This document shows, piece after piece, positions 1 through 7,589 of a stretch of DNA of 12,067 bases (position 1 is the stretch's first letter; every line of letters begins with the position of its first letter). Origin of the DNA: Candidatus Hodarchaeota archaeon (lineage in GTDB: Archaea > Asgardarchaeota > Heimdallarchaeia > Hodarchaeales > Hodarchaeaceae); assembly GCA_029856365.1 (NCBI GenBank), contig JAHQWW010000119.1, positions 1-12,067 of the forward strand, in the 5' to 3' direction. The notes below the pieces were generated by a model that had not been told where the DNA came from, ran no database searches, and saw only the letters and a list, made by a program, of their open reading frames with translations. A program made the translations under genes and the position numbers.

Positions 1-1
1 A

Positions 2-670
2 GTTGACCCTACCCTATGTGTAGGATGTGGTACTTGTGGTAGCGTATGTCCATATGGTGCGATAAGCTTTCATCCAATAGATTTGATTTCTCATGTAAAT
101 GAGGCTATTTGTAAAGGATGTGGAGTGTGCGCAGTCGCTTGCCCTGCAAAAGCAATAACAATGCAAGGTTTCACTAATCTCCAGATCTTAAACCAAATTT
201 CTGAAGCACTCCATGGAAACTTTCCTGCTGATGAACCCAAGATTGTCGGTTTTTGTTGTAATTGGTGTTCTTATGCTGGAGCTGACCTCGCTGGAATTTC
301 ACGTTTTCAGTATCCCTCCAGCATTCGCATCATCAGAGTAATGTGTAGTGGACGAATAGACCCCTTCTTCTTATTATGGGCTTTTCTCGAAGGTGCTGAT
401 GGTGTTTTTGTTAGTGGTTGTCACCCTGGGGATTGTCATTATATCTCAGGGAATTTATACGCAAAGGAACGCATTGAGAAAATGAAGAAAGCTCTTTCTT
501 CAATAGGAATTGATTCTAGGCGTCTGACTCTTGAATGGATATCAGCCAGTGAAGGAAATCGGTTTGCTCAAGTAATAACAGAATTTACAGAATTAATCAA
601 ATCTCTTGGCCCTCTTGAACCCTTATATGTAGAAACAAGACGTGTGAGAGGTGAAATTCATGTTGTCTAA
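2..670 (+). CDS. hdrA-mvhD: HdrA-MvhD fusion, 5'-truncated by the window edge (HdrA-type C-terminal 2x[4Fe-4S] domain fused to an MvhD/FlpD [2Fe-2S] domain)
   Basis: Frame 2 is open from base 2: VDPTLCVGCGTCGSVCPYGAI...VNEAICKGCGVCAVACPAKAITMQGFTNLQILNQI, which resembles the HdrA C-terminus. MvhD signatures follow: GFCCNWCSYAGADLAG, IRVMCSGRIDP, GADGVFVSGCHPGDCHY, WISASEG. The ORF-track start at 83 is an internal codon. The HdrA FAD domain is not in the window. Confidence 0.85.
   Translation, partial: VDPTLCVGCGTCGSVCPYGAISFHPIDLISHVNEAICKGCGVCAVACPAKAITMQGFTNLQILNQISEALHGNFPADEPKIVGFCCNWCSYAGADLAGISRFQYPSSIRIIRVMCSGRIDPFFLLWAFLEGADGVFVSGCHPGDCHYISGNLYAKERIEKMKKALSSIGIDSRRLTLEWISASEGNRFAQVITEFTELIKSLGPLEPLYVETRRVRGEIHVV
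648..654 (+). promoter_or_regulatory. Shine-Dalgarno GAGGTGA for ATG at 660
   Basis: GAGGTGA-aattc-ATG. Related motifs precede starts at 1822 (GAGGTGG), 5327 (AGGTGA) and 11224 on the minus strand (GAGGTGA). Confidence 0.75.
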
Positions 671-1841
671 ACAACAGAAATTGGAAAATGAAGTTTGGAA
701 TGTCGATCGATGTGCTGGTTGCGGCATGTGTGTCGCTGCTTGTTCCCGTGGACGATTAGAGTTTAAACCAGAAATGGAACATCCCATTTTTATTCCCAAA
801 ATGAAAACTGTTGGTTTGTCGGTTGTTGACATTGATACCTGTTCATTTTGCGAGGGAATGTGCATAGAAAGTTGTCCTCGCCTAAGGGAGTGGGAAGAAA
901 GAGAACTAAAGGATGTTATATCAGTAAAAACGACACGTAATATCACAAGTAACCCCATAAATGAAATTATTATTGATCTTCTTTCAACAGGTTTTATGAA
1001 TGGATTTATTGATGCAGCTCTAATAATGGATGTAAATAGATGGGATGGGACACCATATTCTAAAATTGTCAGATCAATCGAAGAATTATATGAGGTTTCC
1101 GGTAACCAAAAAGTGTGGAACCCTATTTTATCTAACTTATATCACGAGGTTATTAAAAATGACTTCCATCAAATTGCTATTATTGGACCTCCGTGCGTCG
1201 CTCAGGCCGTTAGAAGAGTTACCGAGTCAAAAATAGAAGGTTTGGCGATTCTACGAAAGTCTATTGGCATTGTGATTGGGTTATTCTGCTCAGGATATTA
1301 TGAAACTGCTCTCCTTGAAGATCTATCAAGTCATCTTGGTGTGTCGTCTGCTGAAATTATAAGTATCACCAGTTCAGTCAAAGGGGAATACCTGGAAATC
1401 AAGCTTAACACTGGAAAAAATGTCACCTTTCCGCTAGAGGAAGAACAAAAATATCTAAGGAAAGCTTGTGCCCGGTGTACAGATTATGTTGCTAATATGG
1501 CTGATATTTCGATTGGTCAGACTGGTTCCCAGGTAGGATTTGCAAGCTTAATTACTTGGAATACGAAGGGACGCAGTTTCCTAAATAATTGCTTAAATTT
1601 GGGCTTAATTGAAGTTTCTGAGGATGTTGATCTTAAGACAATTTCTGCTGCCTGTTCTGATAAACAACGTAGAAAGCGGACACAAACTTTTGATTCTCTG
1701 TTAATCTATTCACTCGAATCACTCACGGATGAAAATCGACTTGCAGAGGCAAAAAATCGATTCATGGGTTTATTCACCCAAAAAAAGAATGAAAAAACAT
1801 TAAAAATTCGAGGTGGCTGTAATGGATGTAGTAGCTGTTAG
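660..1841 (+). CDS. FrhB/FdhB-family (F420 hydrogenase/dehydrogenase beta subunit-like) protein with N-terminal ferredoxin-like Cys motifs; divergent copy
   Basis: N-terminal CAGCGMCVAAC and CSFCEGMCIESCP. FrhB core Cys motifs IIGPPCVAQ, IGLFCSG and CARCTDYVANMADISIG. Start moved from 651 to ATG 660 on the basis of the SD. Overlaps the upstream gene by 11 nt. Confidence 0.85.
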   Translation: MLSKQQKLENEVWNVDRCAGCGMCVAACSRGRLEFKPEMEHPIFIPKMKTVGLSVVDIDTCSFCEGMCIESCPRLREWEERELKDVISVKTTRNITSNPINEIIIDLLSTGFMNGFIDAALIMDVNRWDGTPYSKIVRSIEELYEVSGNQKVWNPILSNLYHEVIKNDFHQIAIIGPPCVAQAVRRVTESKIEGLAILRKSIGIVIGLFCSGYYETALLEDLSSHLGVSSAEIISITSSVKGEYLEIKLNTGKNVTFPLEEEQKYLRKACARCTDYVANMADISIGQTGSQVGFASLITWNTKGRSFLNNCLNLGLIEVSEDVDLKTISAACSDKQRRKRTQTFDSLLIYSLESLTDENRLAEAKNRFMGLFTQKKNEKTLKIRGGCNGCSSC

Positions 1842-2499
1842 TGCAACTGATTTAATTGGGTTAAAATTAAAAAGTGTAAGTCAAAAAATTAAAAATATCC
1901 TCGAAGAGAATGAAACGGTCACTGTTACTAATTGTGATCTATTAAATGGTATTGCTTCGGGATTGATGCGAGGAGAAGTTATTATTAAGGGTTCTGTAGG
2001 TAACTACGTTGGTATGCTTAATTCGGGAGCTAAATTAATCATTGAAGGAAATGTAGGAAAATATATTGGAGATAACATGATCAAAGGAGAAATTATTGTT
2101 AAAGGTAATGCTGATTATTGTGCAGCCCCATATTGTTATGGGGGAATAGTAATCATTAAAGGAACTTGTGGAGACTTTTTGGGAACAATGAACAAAGGAG
2201 CTTCAATTCTTGTAGAAAAAGACGCAGGAAATGATCTTGGAACCTATATGCTTGCAGGAAATATCATTTTATTAAGGAACGCTGGTGAAAGAGTTGGTAA
2301 TTACCTAATTTCTGGTCGAATTTTTATTAGAGGAAAATGGAAAAGTCTTGGAAATAATACTAAAATTGAAGATCTTTCGTCTGATGATATATATTTTCTT
2401 CAAAAATTCTTTTCTACCTATAAGATCGAAGCAAAGCCAGAAGAATTTACAAAAATTATTGCAGATACCGATAAACCGTTCTATTCTAAAAAAAGTTAA
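1822..2499 (+). CDS. gltB3: Glutamate synthase domain 3 / GXGXG beta-helix subunit (GltB3, FwdC-like fold)
   Basis: Repeats of the type IxGxVGNYxGxxxxGxxIxVxG (GSVGNYVGMLNSGA, GNVGKYIGDNMIKG, GTCGDFLGTMNKGA, DAGNDLGTYMLAG, NAGERVGNYLISG). SD GAGGTGG at 1810-1816 favours ATG 1822 over GTG 1813. Adjacent to GltB2. Confidence 0.85.
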   Translation: MDVVAVSATDLIGLKLKSVSQKIKNILEENETVTVTNCDLLNGIASGLMRGEVIIKGSVGNYVGMLNSGAKLIIEGNVGKYIGDNMIKGEIIVKGNADYCAAPYCYGGIVIIKGTCGDFLGTMNKGASILVEKDAGNDLGTYMLAGNIILLRNAGERVGNYLISGRIFIRGKWKSLGNNTKIEDLSSDDIYFLQKFFSTYKIEAKPEEFTKIIADTDKPFYSKKS

Positions 2500-2522
2500 A
2501 CAAATGACGAGGGTAAGATAAC

Positions 2523-4064
2523 TTGCCAATTCTAGGAGCATATTGCGTAAATATTGATTATGAAAGATGTACTCATTGTGGTACTTGTGTAGAAGTATGT
2601 CCATATAAAGTATATGAAAAAGATGATGAGAATAGGGTTCGAATAGTTAATGATATGGCATGTGTTGGTTGTAGGATCTGCATGGAGTTCTGTCCTAATA
2701 ATGCTACTCACATCAAACCTGCTGAACCTGAATATTTCTCACGATCCCTTTGGACTTTTCAAACGGTTGAACATATTCACTTTCAAGCTCAAACTGGTAA
2801 ATATTTATTAAGAGGCTTTGGAACCTCTCGAATTATTCCACACTTTGATGATCTTGTTATCATTCCCTCTCAACTGGCCTCGCCGCCTCCTCTTGATAAA
2901 TATCGTGAGGATTGTGATGTTAGTGTAATTATTGGCGAAGAGACAGTAAAGTATCCTATTAAATTAAAAATTCCTATTATTTTTGGGGCAATGTCCTTTG
3001 GCGCTTTATCAAAAGAAGCAAAAATGTCTCTAGCAATAGCAGCTTATAAAATGGGAACTATTGCTAATACAGGGGAAGGAGGAGCCCTAAATGAAGAATA
3101 TCCTCTTGTACATGGTTACAATACACTAAAGGAACTTGAAGCTTCTGGAAAAGCTAATCCTCACCCCTGTAACGGTGGATATTTGGCTGTACAGTGGTCA
3201 ACTGGCCGCTGGGGAGTTAATCTTGATTTTCTTCATAATGCTGATGCCATAGAAGTCAAAATAGGTCAAGGCGCAAAGCCGGGGATGGGGGGACATCTTC
3301 TTGGGAAAAAAGTTGTAGAAGAAGTTGCAAGAGTGAGAGGAATCCCTATTGGTACAGATGCACTTTCTCCTCCAAGATATTATGATGCAATAAGCCCAGA
3401 AGATCTTAAAGTGCAGATAGAGATTATTAAAGATATTACTGATCATAAAGTGCCGATTCTGATAAAATTAGGCCCTAGCCGACCCTATCATGACGTAAAG
3501 ATAGCTGTAGAACTAGGAGTCGACGCTATATCTATTGATGGAATGGTTGGTGGAACTGGTGCTTCTCCAGAGTCTGTAACGCAGCATGCTGGAATTCCTA
3601 CTATTGCTTGTATTCCTCCTGCGGTTAAGGCTCTAAAAGATATGGGATTTTATCGAAAAATCAAACTTATTGCATTAGGAGGTATCCGTAATGGTGTTGA
3701 TGCTTTCAAAGCATTAGCGCTTGGTGCTGATGCTGTTGGTATTGGGACAGCTGCAGAAATCGCGATGGGATGTAGAGCTTGTATGGCATGCCATCAAGGT
3801 ATCTGTCCTTATGGTATCACGACAAACAAACCTGAGCTTCGGGCTCGTTTAGATCCCAAGAAAACGAGTCAACGCTTAGCAAATCTCTTAAAAGCAATGA
3901 CAGATGAGATTAAAATATTCACCATGCTTTCTGGACATAGAAGCATAAAAGATCTTTCAAAAGAAGATTTGAGGGCTCTAACTATTAATGCAGCAGCAAT
4001 TACAGGTGTCAAGCTTGCAGGATTGGATCGTCCATATCCTCAGATATGGGAAGATTATCAATAG
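2523..4064 (+). CDS. gltB2: Archaeal-type glutamate synthase FMN-binding subunit (GltB2) with N-terminal 2x[4Fe-4S] ferredoxin domain
   Basis: CTHCGTCVEVCP and CVGCRICMEFCP; AMSFGALS, NTGEGG, IEVKIGQGAKPGMGGHL, DGMVGGTGASP, GGIRNGVDAFKALALGADAV, and the Fe-S motif GCRACMACHQGICPYGITT. TTG start with GAGGGT upstream. Confidence 0.92.
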   Translation: MPILGAYCVNIDYERCTHCGTCVEVCPYKVYEKDDENRVRIVNDMACVGCRICMEFCPNNATHIKPAEPEYFSRSLWTFQTVEHIHFQAQTGKYLLRGFGTSRIIPHFDDLVIIPSQLASPPPLDKYREDCDVSVIIGEETVKYPIKLKIPIIFGAMSFGALSKEAKMSLAIAAYKMGTIANTGEGGALNEEYPLVHGYNTLKELEASGKANPHPCNGGYLAVQWSTGRWGVNLDFLHNADAIEVKIGQGAKPGMGGHLLGKKVVEEVARVRGIPIGTDALSPPRYYDAISPEDLKVQIEIIKDITDHKVPILIKLGPSRPYHDVKIAVELGVDAISIDGMVGGTGASPESVTQHAGIPTIACIPPAVKALKDMGFYRKIKLIALGGIRNGVDAFKALALGADAVGIGTAAEIAMGCRACMACHQGICPYGITTNKPELRARLDPKKTSQRLANLLKAMTDEIKIFTMLSGHRSIKDLSKEDLRALTINAAAITGVKLAGLDRPYPQIWEDYQ

Positions 4065-4082
4065 TAAATTGGGTAATTATCA

Positions 4083-5204
4083 ATGTATTCGCCACTAATC
4101 GAAGAAAGTCCAGGTTTTTTAAATTTAAAGAAGCAGGTCATTGACTCTGGTCTTTGTTCCCTATGCGGATCATGTGGATTATTGTGTGATAAGATAGAAT
4201 ATAGAGACTTTCCCTCTTTAAGGGAAGGTACATCCTGTAATATTACCAATGGAGCTAAGACTTGCGGAACCCTTGGTTGTTGTTATGATAATTGTCCAAT
4301 GACCTCATTTTCCAAGAAAGAACTTGAATCAGCTTTTTTTGGTAAAGAAGCGTCTGATCGTGACCTTGGAATGTATAGAAAGATTTTATCTGCACGATCT
4401 ACAGATAAAGAGATTCTCAATAGTGCACAAAATGGAGGAACAATAACCTCATTGCTGATTAATACTCTTTCAGGTAATTCCTCTGATTCCAAATATAAAG
4501 GAGCAATAGTTACTAGGAGGGGGCCAGCTTGGATTCCAACTCCTTTCTTCGCTTCAAAACCAAAGGAATTATTGTTAACAACTGGATCTATTTACTCTCG
4601 TTTGCCTCTTTCTAATCAAATACGTAGTTTACTACGTGAAAAACATTATTTAATCTTTGTTGGAACAGGTTGTCAAACTACGGGAGTTCGTAGATATCAG
4701 TACAATTTTCTCAGCAAAATACCTCCAGAATCTGCTCATATTTTTCTGATTGGTGTTTTTTGTTATGAGAACTTCCCCTATCCACAATTCAAAGCCGCAA
4801 TTCAAGAAAAAAGTAAGACTTCAATTAATGAAATAAAAAAGATGGACATTAATAAGGGCAAATTAGTCATTAATACAAAAGATGGTACATTTCTCCAGTA
4901 TCCTATTAAAGAATTTAATTCTATCGTACCAGAAGCTTGTAAATTGTGCACAAACTTCACAGCAGAATTAGCAGACATTAGTGTGGGCTCTGTGGGGGCA
5001 AAAGAGACTTGGAATACTTTAATTATACGAAGTGATGAGGGAGTTGAAGTTGTTGAAAGAGCAGAAGATAGTGGCATAATTGAAACCACAACCAAGGTTT
5101 CTGTTGAGACCATTCGGAATATCATTTCAAGAAAAAGGTTCTTGAGTGAAAAAATAATCGAAAAACGAAGAGCAAAAGACCTCTATGTTCCCAACTTCAA
5201 TTAA
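4083..5204 (+). CDS. FrhB-family (F420 hydrogenase/dehydrogenase beta subunit-like) protein, canonical copy
   Basis: SARS...AQNGGTITSLL, TTGSIYS, VGTGCQ, IGVFCYENF, CKLCTNFTAELADISVGSVG. N-terminal CSLCGSCGLLC and CCYDNCP ferredoxin-like motifs. Confidence 0.9.
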   Translation: MYSPLIEESPGFLNLKKQVIDSGLCSLCGSCGLLCDKIEYRDFPSLREGTSCNITNGAKTCGTLGCCYDNCPMTSFSKKELESAFFGKEASDRDLGMYRKILSARSTDKEILNSAQNGGTITSLLINTLSGNSSDSKYKGAIVTRRGPAWIPTPFFASKPKELLLTTGSIYSRLPLSNQIRSLLREKHYLIFVGTGCQTTGVRRYQYNFLSKIPPESAHIFLIGVFCYENFPYPQFKAAIQEKSKTSINEIKKMDINKGKLVINTKDGTFLQYPIKEFNSIVPEACKLCTNFTAELADISVGSVGAKETWNTLIIRSDEGVEVVERAEDSGIIETTTKVSVETIRNIISRKRFLSEKIIEKRRAKDLYVPNFN

Positions 5205-5326
5205 ATAGCCAAAAACTTGTAGAATTAAGACATTTGACTAAATAATAAAAAAAACGATGTTAAGCTCCCATTTTCCTAAAAAACCTATCTATAATTTATA
5301 AAAATAAGAATTTAAAGGTGAATCTT

Positions 5327-6094
5327 TTGTTTAATCTTTCAGCTTCTGAAACTTCTCTTATTTGGGGTAATCTGAGAAATTTAATTGATTTTAAATCTAT
5401 AACAGTTCCAACTGATTTGAGTCTAGTAAGTACAATTCCAGGTGAATTTCCAATAAATAATTTTCACCCAATATTTCTTGAAGTACCGAAATCCCTAAAA
5501 AAATTCAACATATCAGGTCGAAAAAATTTTTCTCAAGCTTTTATTGATAAGAATCTCAGATGGCTCCCACGGAGAATAGTTTCTCTCCCCAATTATGAAA
5601 ATGGTAAAGATGCAGACCTAGAATGTCTGAAGTCAATCATTCAACAATGGGAAAGAACATTAATCCCCGAGGAAATTCCCTGTATTGCTCTTGGAGTCAA
5701 TATCACTGGACAAAATTCTGATGGGAGAGAAGGGCAATATGTAGCAGTCTTATTAATATGGGTGAACCAAAAAACGCGAATACTTGAATTAGACTGGTTT
5801 GAAGGGCCACTGGACGATTGTATTACACCTGAATGGTATCTCCAAGTTTCTGAGATAATGAATATGAAGAAAGCTTTTATTAGAATGAAAAAACTTTTCA
5901 AAATGCCTCCAAATTGGGAGAATCCTCTTTTTTCAATTTATTGTATTCCTCCATGCTTAGGATGCTCATTAAAAAATAAATGGGAGGAAGCAAACCTTGT
6001 AGGATGGAGTTATAAGTTGTCTTATCATCAATATGAAATGTGGATGAAAGCAATAGAGTTAATTTTAACTCAAATAAAAACACTATTCTCATAG
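5327..6094 (+). CDS. Hypothetical protein (about 255 aa, apparently soluble)
   Basis: Long ORF in AT-rich DNA filling the gap between genes. In-frame TTG at 5327 follows AGGTGA (5316-5321); GTG 5318 is an alternative start. No family recognised. Confidence 0.75.
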   Translation: MFNLSASETSLIWGNLRNLIDFKSITVPTDLSLVSTIPGEFPINNFHPIFLEVPKSLKKFNISGRKNFSQAFIDKNLRWLPRRIVSLPNYENGKDADLECLKSIIQQWERTLIPEEIPCIALGVNITGQNSDGREGQYVAVLLIWVNQKTRILELDWFEGPLDDCITPEWYLQVSEIMNMKKAFIRMKKLFKMPPNWENPLFSIYCIPPCLGCSLKNKWEEANLVGWSYKLSYHQYEMWMKAIELILTQIKTLFS

Positions 6095-6275
6095 TATCAC
6101 AAAAAGATTTGGAATTTACTCAAGATTAAAGGATCTTTGGATAATAACTCTACATATCAAGAAATCAGATCATATATTGCATGAAGATAACAACAAGCCA
6201 TGATATTAAATTTAAACAAATGTAAATGTAATTGATAAAATAAAAGCTCTTTAAATTATCAGAAAAGGAAAGATA

Positions 6276-7544
6276 TTGGAATTGAAAGGTAATGAATTAA
6301 ATCCGTGGAAAAATGCACTTACACAATTACATAATACTGCTGAAGTAATTGATCTTGATAAAAATATTCAGAAAATTCTTGAAAACCCTGCAAAGACTTT
6401 AATTACCACTTTTCCAGTCACAATGGACGATGAAAGCATTGAAGTTTTTGAAGGATACCGTGTTCAGCATAATGCTGCTCGTGGCCCTTGTAAAGGCGGA
6501 ATTCGTTATTCTCCTGATGTTAATCTTGATGAAGTAAAAGCATTGGCTTCATGGATGACTTATAAAACTGCAGTAGTTAACATCCCATTCGGAGGAGCAA
6601 AAGGAGGAGTTGTAGTTGAGCCTTCCAAGCTTAGTACAAATGAATTAAAAAGGGTTACACGCAGATTTACTTATTCTATGATTGGTATGATTGGTCCAGA
6701 CAGAGACATTCCTGCTCCTGATATTAATACAACACCCGAAATAATAGCTTGGGTAATGGATACATATAGTATGATTCAAGGTTATACTGGATTAGGTGTA
6801 GTCACAGGTAAACCTTTAGAAATTGGAGGAAGTTTAGGTAGACTAGAAGCCACAGGTAGAGGTGTTTTTATTATAATGGAAGATACCCTCAGACAAAAAA
6901 AACAGAGTTCAAAAAATGTTACCATCGCTATTCAAGGATTTGGAAATGTTGGTTCAAATTTTGCGAAAATTGCACACGAACATAGTGCTAAGATTATTGC
7001 AATAACAGATGCTTTTGGTGGGTGTTATAATCCTGAAGGATTAAATATTCCAGAATTATTGGATTATGTTACCAACCATCATAATAGAACAGTCAAGAAT
7101 TACCCTAACGGGGAACCAATTACCAATAAGGAATTATTAACATTAAATGTTGATATTCTTGCTCCTTGTGCAATACAGAATCAAATTACTGCTGAGAATG
7201 CCGATAAAATCGAAGCAAAACTAATAATCGAAGGTGCCAATGGTCCCACTACTCCAATAGCGGATTCTATTCTTAATGAGAGAGATATTGTTATCATACC
7301 TGATATTTTAGCTAATTCTGGTGGGGTAACAGTTTCTTACTTCGAATGGGTACAAAGTCTTCAACATTTCTTTTGGAATGAAGATCAAGTTAATGAAGCT
7401 CTACGAAAAATTTTGGTAAGGGCATTCGCTGAGGTCAATCAAATGAAAGAGAAATATAACACCAAAGACTTTCGTACAGCCGCAATGGCCTTAGCAGTTC
7501 AGAGAGTTGCTAGGGCTATCCAGCTTAGAGGAATTTTCCCTTAA
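6276..7544 (+). CDS. gdhA: Glu/Leu/Phe/Val dehydrogenase family, glutamate dehydrogenase
   Basis: GYRVQHNAARGPCKGGIRY, MTYKTAV, PFGGAKGG, DIPAPDINT, VTGKPLEIGGSLGRLEATGRG, IQGFGNVG, EGANGPTT, PDILANSGGVTVSYFEWVQ. Confidence 0.96.
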   Translation: MELKGNELNPWKNALTQLHNTAEVIDLDKNIQKILENPAKTLITTFPVTMDDESIEVFEGYRVQHNAARGPCKGGIRYSPDVNLDEVKALASWMTYKTAVVNIPFGGAKGGVVVEPSKLSTNELKRVTRRFTYSMIGMIGPDRDIPAPDINTTPEIIAWVMDTYSMIQGYTGLGVVTGKPLEIGGSLGRLEATGRGVFIIMEDTLRQKKQSSKNVTIAIQGFGNVGSNFAKIAHEHSAKIIAITDAFGGCYNPEGLNIPELLDYVTNHHNRTVKNYPNGEPITNKELLTLNVDILAPCAIQNQITAENADKIEAKLIIEGANGPTTPIADSILNERDIVIIPDILANSGGVTVSYFEWVQSLQHFFWNEDQVNEALRKILVRAFAEVNQMKEKYNTKDFRTAAMALAVQRVARAIQLRGIFP

Positions 7545-7589
7545 ACAGCATTAACCAATTTAATTCAGTTATAAAATCTAAATAACTAG

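Noticed and set aside
2-670. Selenocysteine recoding in HdrA/MvhD (known in Methanococcales and Lokiarchaeia)
   Set aside because: All visible ligand positions are TGT/TGC, there is no in-frame TGA, and I saw no convincing SECIS-like hairpin. The HdrA N-terminus is outside the window.
1822-2499. Formylmethanofuran dehydrogenase subunit C (FwdC) assignment
   Set aside because: Same fold, but the neighbour is GltB2 and no fwdA/B/D genes are in the window.
5942-5965. Radical SAM enzyme call from CxxxCxxC
   Set aside because: The motif is about 45 residues from the C-terminus, leaving no room for the barrel, and there is no GGE motif after it.
623-6092. Shadow ORFs 623-958, 1045-1236, 2305-2604, 3198-3446, 4058-4249, 4283-4492, 4802-5125, 5641-5901 and 5898-6092
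   Set aside because: They lie antisense or out of frame within well-supported genes and carry no recognisable motifs.
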